Positions 1-12,475 of a stretch of DNA of 64,000 nt are shown one piece after another (the stretch's first letter is position 1; each line of letters starts with the position of its first letter). This DNA is from Eledone cirrhosa (taxonomy: Eukaryota). Below the pieces are notes generated by a model that was given only the letters and a program-made list of their open reading frames with translations, did no database searches and was not told the origin of the DNA. The translations under genes and the position numbers were made by a program. The stretch spans positions 275,466,001 through 275,530,000 of the forward strand of contig OZ024742.1 of NCBI GenBank assembly GCA_964016885.1. The letters are read 5' to 3'.

Positions 1-1265
1 AAAAATCTTTGGGAAAAGCGAGATGGAGGTGGGTGTACTTCTTAACACTGTCCGTATTTTCTTCAATGAGATATGTATGGAATTTGGGGTTAATAAGTGT
101 GGAGTGCTAGTGATGAAGAAGAGTAAATTCAATAGAAGCAACGGAATCCATGTGCCAACGGGTGAGATAATAAAGGAAATCGACACTGAAGAGGGATACA
201 AATATTTGGGTGTTAGGAAGACAATTGACATAAAGAACAATAAAATGAAGGAATTGATAAGATCTGAATACATAAGGAGAGTAAGGAACATATTAAAATC
301 ACATCTAAATAGTCATAAGTGCAGCAAAATTCCCGAGCTGTGTCTATTATTAGGTATGGTGCGGGAATTCTGAAATGGAATGTTACTGAACAAGAAGAAA
401 TGGATACAAAGACCAGGAAACTAATGACTACCTACAGCAGGTTCCACAAGTGGAGTAATGTAAGGAGATCTGATCGTGGAATAGGTCTTGTCAGCATAGA
501 GGATCGTGTTCAGATGAAGAAAATCAGTCTGCACAAATATCTGTCCGAGAGTAGGGAACCAATGCTAAAAAAATAGAGTTGTACTGATGGAGAAGACAAT
601 AGACCAGGGGATGTCCAAGGAGGAAATAACAACATAGAGGATAAGCAACCTTAATGAAAAAATACCTTCATAGCACCTTTTTTAAGAAAACGTAATTCGG
701 AGATCCACAGACATGTAGCTGGTAAAAAAGAGAACTTAAAAGTCTGCAGAAGGAATGCTAATGGTTGCACAAGAGCAAGCCATCGAGACTGTGGCTCACA
801 TCGTATAAATGCTGGAGTCATGATATTGTAGGAAAGGTGATTCACTGGAATTTATGGAAAATAAATAATTTACCATATCCTTAGAAGTGGTATGAGTATA
901 AGCCAGAGTCGGTGATAGAAAAAGATCAAATAAAGGTTCTATGGGATTTCAGGATACAGACAGATAAGAAATTAGAACAGAAAGGTCTGACCTGGTGGTT
1001 TTTGACAAGGAAGAAGATCGTGCCTGATTGGAGATGTAGCCTGTCCCTTTAGCAAAAGGGTGCAAGAAAAGGAGAAGAAAATTAATCGATACCAGGATTT
1101 AAATTTGGAATTTAAAAGTATTTGGGACTGTCAGGAGATCATATTCATCCCAATCGTCATAGGAGCACTGTTGGGAAAAGCAAGAACCCTCCGATATTTC
1201 CTGAATATCTGAGGCTGAAGGTAGCGGCTTGATGTTCTTTGGAACAAACGTTCCAGTTAAATAAC
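1..1265 (+). mobile_element. R4/Dong-like (RLE) non-LTR retrotransposon, family A, degenerate 3' part
   Basis: ORF pieces MEFGVNKCGVL and GYKYLGV align with the family A copy at 60.7-62.0 kb; ends ...RYFLNI* followed by the 3' UTR ggctgaaggtagcggcttgat shared with other family A copies; many stops and frameshifts. Confidence 0.85.
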
Positions 1266-1388
1266 TGTTTCTACTTTTTTTTATCGACCCTGGTACTTTA
1301 TTTTATCGACCCCGTAAGGATGAAAGGCAAAGTTAACCTCGGCGGGATTTGAACTCAGACCGTAAAGGGACGTAACTATGCTGGAAAG
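1266..1388 (-). mobile_element. tRNA-derived SINE fragment (SINE family 1)
   Basis: Reverse complement of the 63181-63366 SINE, including the B box and gcctttcatcc core. Confidence 0.85.
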
Positions 1389-1399
1389 TTAAATAACAT

Positions 1400-1600
1400 C
1401 AATAAATGAGACTCCAAAAATAACTATAACAATAATTATAATCAAATAAGATCTACAGAGATCGGGCTACTAGGAACAGCACACATTCTGAGACGAGTTA
1501 TATGTCTACAATGAAAACATCTTTAGCCCTAGGTTCAAGGCCTGAACACAACAATAGAGAAACAGAACTGACTTAAGCGAAATGGCACAATAATACTAAT
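1400..1600 (+). mobile_element. R4/Dong-like LINE extreme 3' fragment
   Basis: Encodes GLLGTAHILRRV (typical R4 C-terminus), then a short UTR and a TAA-rich tail. Confidence 0.6.
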
Positions 1601-1605
1601 AATAA

Positions 1606-1778
1606 TGTTTCTACTTTTGGCAGAAGGCCAGCAAATATCCCAGTACATTACTGCTTCTTTATTTTATAGACCCCATAAGGATCAAAGGCAAAGTTATCTT
1701 CGGTGGATTTGAACTTAGAACGTAAATATCCACAACTCAATGCTGCAAAGTATGGTAGGCTCTACCGATACTGCCAAA
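1606..1778 (-). mobile_element. tRNA-derived SINE (family 1), diverged
   Basis: Colinear with 63181-63366 in reverse; flanked by (AAT)n on both sides. Confidence 0.85.
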
Positions 1779-1805
1779 TCAATAATAATAATAATTATAA
1801 TAATG

Positions 1806-4158
1806 CTTTCTTTATTAACCACAAGGGTTTACACAAAGCAAGACATTAAGGACAATACAGGACAATGCAGCACAGTACAGATGGGCATTTCTGCGTGTAA
1901 AAGAAAACAAATACAGAGGATGTATCAAAAAAGAAACATTGAAAAAATTCCCCAATAGGGGGGAGACTTCCGAGGGACATTCGTGAAGAAAGCCCATTAA
2001 AAAAGCCACGGTTACCCTCACCACCAGGGCAAGTGCCTTCTCCCAGTTTTCCACCTTCAATTTACAGGCACATACGCAGAGTAGGCCCATTCACACGGGC
2101 CATTCTTGCCTCTCTCACCCATCTTTCAACAAAATGATGGGAAGAGAGCACTTCCCTCTCTACCCTGATTTTCCCTTTCAAATGAAATTTGAAAAAGTTA
2201 ATCAGGGAATCACCGAAGAGGTAGGTGCTCGTCTTCAGCACTTTCAAACGCGTCCACCATACTATCTCTTTCGCCAAGGCCACCAGACAGATAAAAACTG
2301 CCTGCCCTTCCCGGCAAAAGGAAGACGGCGAAGCAATCCTCACGAGGGACTCAGCTGATAGCCGGATCCTTCCTACACGCGACAGCAGGTGTTCGACATA
2401 AACCCACAAGTCAGCAATGCTCAGACACTGGACGAGTGCGTGCAGGACGGTTTCGTCGCCCTGCGTGCATCTCCGACATGCCCGGTTGACGGCACCTCCA
2501 TGCCTGTAGAGTTTATCCCGAACTGACAAATCTCCTCGATAGCACTGCCAGGTCATGGATTTCTGGAAGTTGTCCATAGGCCCCGGCTCGAAAGTTCTTC
2601 CGAAGAGATTGGCTAGTTGATTTTCATCGACGCCTAGAGTTTCCCCAAGTACGTCGTCGCCCCCCCCCCCCCCCCCCCCGCCACTAATCCCCTATAGAAC
2701 GCCAAGGTGGAGGTTCCACCGATCACATTGCCCGACTGGTCGAGGGCTGTGAGCGCCTGAAGACATTCCAGTCTCCAAGCGCTACCTCTCGGTCTTCGCT
2801 TGACCCAGACAGCAGCTCCGTCTAGCAAACGGCGACCACACCTGATCACCATCGAGGAAGAGATGTCGTAGACTGAGCGCGTGTCTGCGCATCATCAGCT
2901 ACGGAGTGCCCAGCCGTCCACGTAGCGGGTGTTGACAGCAGATGGACCGCCTGACCATCGGAGCGCGTCCCTTCCACAAAAAGCGAAAGAGCAAACACTC
3001 CAGCGCAGTCAGGTGAGGCTTAGGACAAGGTACGACGGTCAGGCCGTAGTAGATGACGGACGCGATGTACGCATTCGCCACCTCCGCTCGACCTTTCAGT
3101 GATAGCTTCCTCTCTGCCCAATTCTGAGTGAGTGAAGTCACCCTGCTCGTCACCTCGTCCCCATTTTGTCCGTCTGACAAAACCAGCAATTTAACCGGTC
3201 CGTCCGTCCAGCGCCCTACGACGCTGTTGGACGGCATGGACCTGCCTCTCCAGGTGCCGAGCTGCAGGCCCACCGACTTTTCCTGGTTGATCATTGCTCC
3301 TGTCACCGCTTCGTATTCTCTTAGTGTAGTGCCGATCGCCTCGATGTGTTTGGCGTTCGACACCACTACGGTGACATCGTCCGCATATACTGACACGGAT
3401 CTTCCGCATCCTAGTTCGCGCGGGACCCCCTCAACGTCTCCAGTTTGTGCAGTAATGGCTCGAGAGTCAATACGTACAAGAGGGACGAGAGGGGACATCC
3501 TTGGCGGACCGAGCGCATGATATTGAACGGTTCCGAAAGGTGACCGTTCACTCTCACCACAGAGCAGATGTCGCTGTGCATGGCAGCGATCCAGCCTCTG
3601 AAAACGGGACCAAAGCCAGCCGCCCTCAGGACTGTCGCCAGATAACTATGGTCGACCCTATCGAAGTATTTATCTAATTTATCAAGGACCCACCCGTGCC
3701 AGATCCCTAACTACCCTCTCTACGATGTATCGCATGAGGTGGAGGTTGTCATGGATGGATCTGTCTGGAATGGCGCATGTCTGCGCATCTCCCACCAGAC
3801 CACCAACGATAAGCGCAAACCTCTTTGCTAGCACCTTGGCCAAAATCTTTAACTCTGTGTTTAGCAGTGTTATGCGCCTTAAATTATCTATGTTATCCCC
3901 CTTGTTCGGATCCTTTCTCAGCTGCGCCACCGCCCCGCCCCTAACGGCGCTGGGAATTCTCCCGTTCTGTTGCCAGTTGACGTCCACCAAGAGGCCTCCA
4001 AACAAGTCTGGCATCTGCCACCGACTTAACTTCTGGGGCCAGGAAGATCCAAGGCTCTCCTAAAAAGCACAGCAACTCCGCTCTCTGCTCCCGGACGGCC
4101 AGGAGATGCGTATACATCGTAGCCGCGGAAGATCGGTGCGAAGTCTCGTGCTTCGGAA
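1806..4158 (-). mobile_element. L1/Tx1-like LINE, degenerate and internally deleted
   Basis: ORFs 2062-2577, 2899-3498 and 3682-4014 are near-identical to parts of ORF2 18873-22292 (YADD, CxxC..H..C); jumps from RT to the endonuclease start near 4020; same 3' UTR. Confidence 0.92.
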
Positions 4159-4164
4159 ATTAAT

Positions 4165-6605
4165 TTAGAAGTAAACCAATTTAAGGACTAGAAATGAGGA
4201 GACTGAACTAATGAGAGGGGAAATATCTTTACTGAATGAGCTAATCACTGGAAATGATGTAAGATCCAGGATGCGAAGAAAGCTAAAGAGAAAACATGGA
4301 CTTTCTTCTAGAGGAATACTAATATCAACAAAGGAAACTCTGAAAGAAAAATTCCAAGTAAAAGCCCAACGAATTCGCGGATTCGTGAAACGTAACAATT
4401 TTTACAGGCAAATTAGGTTGTTCAATTCCAATGCCGAGGCATTTTATAGAGAAATGGGGAAGGGAAAAATAATATTAAAGACCCTCTTCCATAGAAGATG
4501 ATGAACATTTTTGGAAAAAGATTTGAGTCATGAGAAGTAACATAATGCTAATGTAGATTGAATTATTCGCTTGGAAAAATCATTCGCAAATTTACAAGAA
4601 CAGGTATGAGAGGACATCCTTATTGCAGATTTAAGGATGGCATTCAATAAAGCTGAGAAGTAAAAATCTCCTTGTAGAGACAGGCTGCCAAATTTCTGGC
4701 TTTCCTCACTCCCGTGCACTAATAATATATTAGTCAAGCTATTCAACGGAATTATGAAAGATTAAAAAGAATCAAACGCCTGACTGGATAGCAAGTGACA
4801 TTACTTACCTTCTACCAAAAAACAATGAAACTAAGAATAAAAAAAACTATTGGCCCATAACCTGCTATTAACCTCTATTCTTATGTAGAAAGCATATATT
4901 TTTACGTAGGAGAATAATCTTTTCCCCATTGAACAAAAAGGGTGCCGACGTGGTTCATATGGTTGTAAAGATCAACTCGTATTATCCTTAAGAACTGTCA
5001 GAATAAACGCAGAAATCTCAGTTCCGCACGGATCGATTACAAACTCTTTTGACAGCATACTGCACTCATGGATTCTGAAATCACAGCACACCTTCTAAAT
5101 TTCCTGAAACACAATATGCCATTGTGAAGCAAATATCTCCAATTATTTCATTCCAATGGAGTACAAAGTTCTCAGAACAACTCTGGCATTTCACCAGGTG
5201 ACTCACTTTCACCCTTACTTTTTGCATATCTTTAATACCCCTTACATCCGAATTTAATAGAACAGAGTATTGTTACAAATTTGCCAACAAGAAAATATCC
5301 CACCTATTATGGATTATACAAAGCTATATTGCAAAGACAATGACGAGCATGTCAACTCAAACTCAGTTCAATTAGATGCTGAAACAGTCATAAATGAACT
5401 TGAGCAGGAACACACCTAGAAATACTTTGCGATTAATGAGGGCTAAGGCATTCAAATTGCAAGTATGAGAGAGAGGATAAGGAAGGAATGTAACAGGAGA
5501 GTACGCGCAGTTCTGAGATCAGAACTAAATATTCATAACTAGGTGTTAGCCATAAATCCATTGGCAGTTCCATTTGTCACGTACAGCTTCGGTGCATTGA
5601 ACTGGATTACGGATGAAATTAAAATAATCTACACCAAAATCCGTACGTTAGTGACTTGTAATAGGATGCAGCTCCCGAAAGCAGATGTGGATCATCTTTA
5701 CTTTCCTAGAACTCGGGGAGGCTGTGACCTGATCCAATTTGAACTTATCTACAAGACCACGACTATTGGACAGGCCAAATACCTTAAAACATCAAACGAC
5801 TGTATGCTGAAACTTGTTGAAAACTATAAGAGAATTAAGAAGCTTTATTCTATCTTGAAGGAGAGAAAAATATACGCTTCGTATCTCATGCTTGATACAT
5901 AAGTTGGACAGACTAAGGAAACTGTTGCAACTGATGCTGCTAAGCCTGTAAAATTAGTAGCAAAAGCAAAAGGGCAAGAACAATTAACAATTTAGCTGCC
6001 CAAGATCAAAGCTTAGTGACACGGAATTACCAGGCCAATGTTATGAGAAATGGAATAATTGCAAAGTGCCGATACACAAATGTTGAAGTTGAAACAGTGA
6101 ACCACTTAGTTTCTGGATGTAAAGTTTTAGCACCAGTAGAGTACAAATATAAACATGACAGAGTTGGCTAATATCTACACTGGGTAATATGTTGGCATTA
6201 TAAAATCAAAGCTGCTGACAAGTGACTGTAACTGAAGGAGAAAATGTAACAATTCTTTGAGACTTTCTTGTATATACTAACCGGACTATAAAGACTAATA
6301 GATCCGATATCATTGTTAAGGATCAACATAGCAAGGTCTGTTTATTGTTTGACATGAGCATCCCATGTATCACGACAAAAGAATTTGACAAGCTAAGAAA
6401 ATATAAAGTTCTGCTAATTGAAATCGGAAAATGTAACACCTCAAGGCCGTTACAATACCAATGATTGTGGGAGCACTGGGAATGATCAAGAATGGAACAG
6501 AATAGTATTTGAGAATGATCCCTGGTTTAGTCTCTCTGCAAGAGATGCAGAAAATTGTTTCGACTGCTACTGCACAGTTATTGAGAAGAGCACTATCTCT
6601 ATAAG
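4165..6605 (+). mobile_element. R4/Dong-like LINE, family C, heavily degraded
   Basis: Remnant motifs AINPLAVPFVTYSFG, PKADVDHLYFPRTRGG, GDSLSPLLF-like, HDRV and RLE D..KY-like region near 6300-6420. Confidence 0.82.
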
Positions 6606-6635
6606 AATGATATCCCTCCCTGTATGTATGTGTGG

Positions 6636-6637
<2 letters not shown>

Positions 6638-6724
<87 letters not shown>
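6638..6724. repeat. (GT)n microsatellite followed by degenerate TG/TA low-complexity DNA to about 6965
   Basis: Direct reading. Confidence 0.97.
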
Positions 6725-6727
<3 letters not shown>

Positions 6728-7639
6728 AAGCATGGATATCTTTTATTTATATGTATTTATATGTATTTGTATGTATGTGTATATATGTGTATGGGTACGT
6801 ATTTGTATCTGTGTGTGTATTTATTGATATGTATATATGTATGTGTGTATGATTGTGTATATATATATATACAGATGTGTGTGCATATGCGTATTTGTAT
6901 GGCTGTATATATGTGTGCATGTGTATTTTTGTGAATGTATGTGTGAGTATATATGTATACGTATATAAAAGGAAAAAAGGAAGAAAAGGGAAAAAAGAGA
7001 AGAAAAAACTACCGATAGAATGGAACAGAGTTAAAAAAGCCGTTGGGTTTAAGCCCGGGGCAATAATAACACAGCTAGGTATCCGACGTCTATCCTCAAC
7101 GAAATCGCAAGAGAAAGAGAGAAAGACGGAGGAAACAGAAGCGAGAGAGAGTAGAAGGCAGAGGGGTGAGAGAGAAGGATAGAGAGAGGGGAATGAGGAG
7201 GGAAACAGAGCTAATCCAAATGGGTGTAGGACGCACGTGGACTGACAACCAAATGAAATCGATAGTGAGAAAGGGAGAGAAAAGGGGAGAGAGAGAGAGG
7301 GGGAGAGAGAGAGAGAGAAAAGGAGAGAAAGGGAAGGAGTTGATCGAAAGGTGTGGCGAGAAATGAATTCGCCAGACACAACGAATCGAGTGAGGTAGGT
7401 AGAGAAGCGGGAGCGAACGTCACAGCAGTAAATATAAAAAAATATGGATGAGAGGAGGGATGTGTGGTTACCGATAATGGGTGTTAGAAGGTAAGGAGAC
7501 AAAAACAAGAAGTGGACAGTTTCCCTTCGTTAGTAGTTAACTACGGATCACGGATGTTTCGGTACATTATTAACTATACATCTATCCATAGTGCGCCCAT
7601 GGTCTTTTATCTATGAAAAGGCCATGAGGGAAAGAAAGA

Positions 7640-8327
7640 AAAGAAGATATAGGTAAGAAAAAAGGAATAAAAACTCTATGAACAAACTGAGGATGTTGTG
7701 AAGGAATGGAGACAGTCGGCCTCTCAATGGAGCCTGTGCAGTGCATGTTACATGTAAATGGATTCCCACTGAAGAAGGTAGAGAAGTTCAAGTATCTTGG
7801 GGCCATGTTCTCGACTGATTGAAGCCAAGAGGCTGATTTAAGTGTAAGAATTGCAAAAGCTGGTGCAGTAATTCGCCATATTCAGCATTCAGTAATCAGA
7901 AGAAGGGAGGGTGGTGCAAAAGCCAAATTCGCTATATTCAATTCGGTATCCGTTCCAAACCTTACCTATGGTCACGAATCTTGGGTAATGACCGAAAGAA
8001 TGCCATCGGGTATGCAAGCGGCCAAATTGGAGTTTCTTCGAAGTGTCTTTGGAGTAACGTTACTCGACAGAATACGTAGCTTGGAGATCAAAGAGTCACT
8101 CCAGGTAAAACCGCTAGTTCGCCGAATTGAAAGATCAGAGCTCCGATACTACGGGCATATGGTTAGAATGTCTTAGGAAAGAATCGTTGGACATATTTTA
8201 TGGGCAAAACCAACCGGCAGGACACCTACATCCATGAGCTTGGCTGGTATTCCCTGGGGATCTAGCTTGATAAGACGGAGAATGGTTCTTCTGATAGGAC
8301 CCACTGGAAGGAGTGTTTGAGAACTCT
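7640..8327 (+). mobile_element. RTE-clade LINE 3' fragment
   Basis: KVEKFKYLG, PNLTYGHESWVMTER and LRYYGHMVRM are RTE C-terminal motifs; ends in a (GAA)n tail. Confidence 0.85.
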
Positions 8328-8408
8328 GAAGAAGAAGAAGAAGAAGAAGAAGAAGAAGAAGAAGAAGAAGAAGAAGAAGAAGAAGAAGAAGAAGAAGAAG
8401 AAGAAGAA
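8328..8408 (+). repeat. (GAA)27 tract, probable RTE tail
   Basis: Direct reading. Confidence 0.95.
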
Positions 8409-8920
8409 TGTTTTCTTTATTAACCACAAGGGTTTACATAAAGTAGACATTAAGGACAGTACAGGACAATACAGGAAATGGACATTTCTGCGTGTAAAAA
8501 AAAACAGAGGATGTAATAAAATAACAAAGAAAAATTCCCCAATAGGGGGGAGACTTCCGAGGGACATTTGTGGAGAAAGCCCATTAAAAGGCCACAGTGA
8601 CCCTGACCACCAGGGCAAGTGCCCTCTCCCAGTTTTCCACCTTTAATTTACAGACACATACTCAGAGTAGGCCCATTCACTCGGGCCATACTTGCTTCTC
8701 TCACCCATCTTTCAACAAAATGCTGGGAAGAGAGCACTTCCCTCTCCACCCTGAGTTTCCTTTTCAAATTAAATTTGAAAAAGTTAATCAGGGCATCACC
8801 GAAGAGGTAAGTGCTCGTCTTCAGCCCTTTCAAACGTGTCCACCATACTATCTCTTTCGCCATGGTCACCAGACAGATAAAAACTGCCTGCCCTTCCCGG
8901 CTAAAGGAAGAGGGTGGGGC
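8409..8920 (-). mobile_element. L1/Tx1-like LINE 3' fragment
   Basis: Near-identical to 18608-19146 (ORF2 C-terminus plus 3' UTR). Confidence 0.93.
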
Positions 8921-8937
8921 AATAATAATAATAATAA

Positions 8938-9153
8938 TGGTTTCTTATATAGGCACAAGGCCAGTAATTTGGGGGGAGGGGAAAGTCGATTAAATCGACC
9001 CCAGTGCGTGACTGGTACTTTATTTTATCGACCCCATAAGGATGAAAGGCAAAGTTAACCTCGGCGGGATTTGAACGCAGATCATAAAGAGCCGTAACTC
9101 TATGCTGCAAAGCATGGCGTCCGACCCTCTACCGATACTGCCAATCCACCGCC
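8938..9153 (-). mobile_element. Full-length tRNA-derived SINE (family 1, longer variant)
   Basis: A box TGGCAGTATCGG and B box GTTCAAATCC on the minus strand; flanked by (AAT)n. Confidence 0.9.
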
Positions 9154-9207
<54 letters not shown>

Positions 9208-10414
9208 TCATAGCGATCGACAAATGTGTACAAGACCTAAAGAATCACTGCGTTGATTTGATCGACGAAAATCTCTGAAGGTCTTGCTAGCTTAGCCGCA
9301 CTTGAATAACAAAATTAGGAACATAGTAAAGAGAATACAACTACAATGAATGTAAGGAAATTTCCAGCTTCACAACCCAATATTTAGACCGCTGTGATGA
9401 GGATGTATTTAAAATAGAATTGCTTGAACAAAATGATAATACTAGCAATAATACTAGAAATGATAATGCTTGAACAAAATGATAATACTAGCAATACTAG
9501 CAATAAGCAAATGCATATATAAATATACAGCTAAGACATCCAGAAAAGACGACAAAAACTTCAATTAAATAAGTAATGAATGTTTAGGTGATTAGATGTG
9601 ATTAAGTTACCACACTGGGGAAAGAAACCATTAAATATGATGACTTATTGCCTCAGTCGTATAGTTATTGCTGTCGTATTGCGTGTTTGTCTATGTAGGT
9701 TAAAAACGAATTAATGAATATAAATTCATAAAAGTAATTAATGTCTATTGAAATTGACATGAAATCTTTCAGACAAACAATTCCTACAGGGAAAATGTGC
9801 TTTTTCTTAAATGTTTTTCCTAATGTTTGCTATCAATTAATGTGCAGCTTGTTGGCATAAACATTACAGCGACGTACTACATAGCTTTTAAAGAGAATTG
9901 AGCGTCTTAAAAACAGGAAATTGAGTGTGGTAAAAACAGAGACAAACTGTGGCACCAATGTCAATTGACTTATTTGAATAAAAACAAAAATGGCTTCTCG
10001 AAAAGAGTCTGACGCAATCACATAATGTGACTGAAACTTTTTTAATCGCACTATGCCAGCTTAAAAAAGAGTCACCGCACAAAATTGTCTCAGATACACT
10101 GTGTTTGAATACAAATTGTGGGATGATCATTGCTAATGATCATTGGTCTGTTGCATGTCATGATTGAGCAGGTGGTTAGAATACAACATTTCTGTACCGT
10201 GTGGAATTAAGAGTCTTCCCTCAGAGACTCCGAGACAGAGATATAACCATAGTCACTTAAATATATTGAAATAGCTTGAACTATTGAATATCTAAAGTTG
10301 TGTAGGATGGAAATATTGTCGAAGGTGAATGTTGTGTTCAAGAAGGGAGAGACATAAGAAATGGAATGGACCTCTGGCAGTTTTGACAATGAGTGTTCCC
10401 CTTGTTCAATCAAC

Positions 10415-10680
10415 GAAAGAGCCCACTCGTGTTAACGTATAAGTGACTAATTATTCTAAAATGATGTACACTCCTAACGAAATTCTCAGTGTCGTTTTAA
10501 ATTACCTATCTAATTACGCATACAATCCATCTTCGAACGAGATTCCGTCTACATAATTTCAGTCAGAAGGTTGCGTCGACTCAAAGGTATGGTAAATGGC
10601 ATTTGCCCAAGATACTACGCAATGAGATTGAGACCAGGACCTAATGATTGCTTGCCAAACGTCTTAAACTTTCAGCCATG
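10415..10680 (-). mobile_element. Old tRNA-derived SINE (family 2)
   Basis: Minus strand reads tggctgaaagtttaag...ggtctcaatctcattgcgtagtatcttgggcaaatg...gtagacggaa, a degenerate tRNA head plus cttgggcaa core resembling octopus SINEs as recalled. Confidence 0.6.
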
Positions 10681-10899
10681 TGAATCAACAAAGAAACTAA
10701 TCTTTCCCATAACCATCAATAAACCACCAGTATGAACACCAAGATAAAGAATGGTATAAATAAAATTTCCTTTGGATATGAAAGTGTTACAATTATTTCT
10801 TCTATTATGCGTGTTTATGTATGTATGGATGCGTGCATATTTATCTATGTATATGTGTGCGTGTAAATGAGTATATGTGTGCACATCTCAAAACCATTC

Positions 10900-12475
10900 A
10901 GCATATAAGCACATGGTCAAAGTAGGCCCATTCACACGGGCCATCCTCGCTACATTACACCACATTTTAACAAATGTACGGAGGGAACACATCCCTCTCC
11001 ACCACCAGGTCCCTCGTCAACTTGAAAAAGTTGATGAGGAATCCATCTACACATGATAACAGTTATTCGAAAAAAAAACTCCACAACTCTGTACGTGAAG
11101 AACGGTTTCGTGGCTCTGTCCGCATCTTGGACAGGTCCGTCTGATTGCACTTCCATACCTGTAGAGTTTATCTCGAACTGGCAGATTTCCACGGCAGCAT
11201 TGCCAAGCAAGGTTCTACAGAGCATAATGGCCAGTTTGATTTCATCGACGCACAATGCCTCTCCGAGAACGTAATCCCAATTGGCCGCGAGTAGATCTCT
11301 ATAGAACTGTAGAGTGGATTTTCCATTCACCGCATTGCGCAACAGGTCCCTACCAGCCAGAGCGCCTGGCAACGTTCTATATGCCAAGCGCCCAGTCTCT
11401 GTCTTTGCAAGGCCCACGACTGCAGCTCAGTAAAAGAGATGAGATACAGAAAGACTTGTCTCAGAAAAGGCGACCACACCTGTTTACCGTTTAAGTATAC
11501 CTAGAGATGCCATAGGCTCAGTGCATGTTTGTGCATCATCAGTAACGGCATTCTCAGCCATCTGCGTAGAGGGTGCTGGCAGAAAATGGACCATTTCTCT
11601 AATAGAACCTTTCCCTTCAGCGAGAATGTGAAGAAGAGCCGTTCCAATTTGGCGAGGCATGAAAGGGGGCAATGCACATAGGTCAAGCGGTAGTAGATGG
11701 TGGATGCCTCCTCCACTCGATAGCTTCCTCTTGGCCCATTTCTGGGTGAGCGTGGCTACTCTGCTCGTAACCTATAGTATTTCTCATCCAACGAGAGGCC
11801 TAGCCCATACAAGACCCTGAGCAACCTCACCGGTCAGTCCGTTCACCCATTGACGATCTTGGTGAACGGCATGCATTTCTCTGTCGAGGTACCGAGCTGC
11901 AATCGCAGGGACTTTTCCGGGTTGGTCTTTGCTCCCGTCAACATTTCACATACCTCGAAGAAGTTGCCGAGACCTCGATTTCCTAGCTGTTCAACACTAT
12001 TACCGCATCCCTTCCACGTACCCTGCAAACAGCTCCAGTTTCCATAGTTATAGTTCGAGAGTCAATACATACAGAAGGGAAGAGAGATAATATGCTTGAT
12101 GGACCGAGTGCATAATCTGGGACCGTTCCAATAGGTAGCTGTTGATTCTGATCACAAAGGAGATGCTGCTGTGCGTTGCAGCAATCCAGCCGCTGAAATC
12201 GGGATCAAATCCGGCTGCCTTAGGGACAGCCACCAGTTATCAATGGTCAACCTATTAAAAGCTTTAGATTGATCTAAATTGATTAGAGAACAATCGAAGG
12301 CAAGTTTACTCTCTATCTTCTCTATGATGTATTGCATGAGGTTGAGGTTGTCGTGTATGGACCTACTTGGGATTGCACACATCTTCGCCTCACCTACAAG
12401 GCTCCCGATGACAAGCACCATCCTGGTTGGTAGCACTTTATCCAAAATAAATTCTGTATTTAGCAGAGTTCTCTT
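10900..12475 (-). mobile_element. Old L1/Tx1-like LINE (RT to C-terminus), degraded
   Basis: Fragments INLDQSKAFNR, SLLYVLTLE and LQLGT homologous to ORF2 18873-22292. Confidence 0.85.

Noticed and set aside
6370-7508. ORFs with VCVC, HTHT and LSLS runs (also at 33.8-36.3, 39.9-40.2 and 44.7-45.0 kb)
   Set aside because: Translations of dinucleotide microsatellites, not proteins
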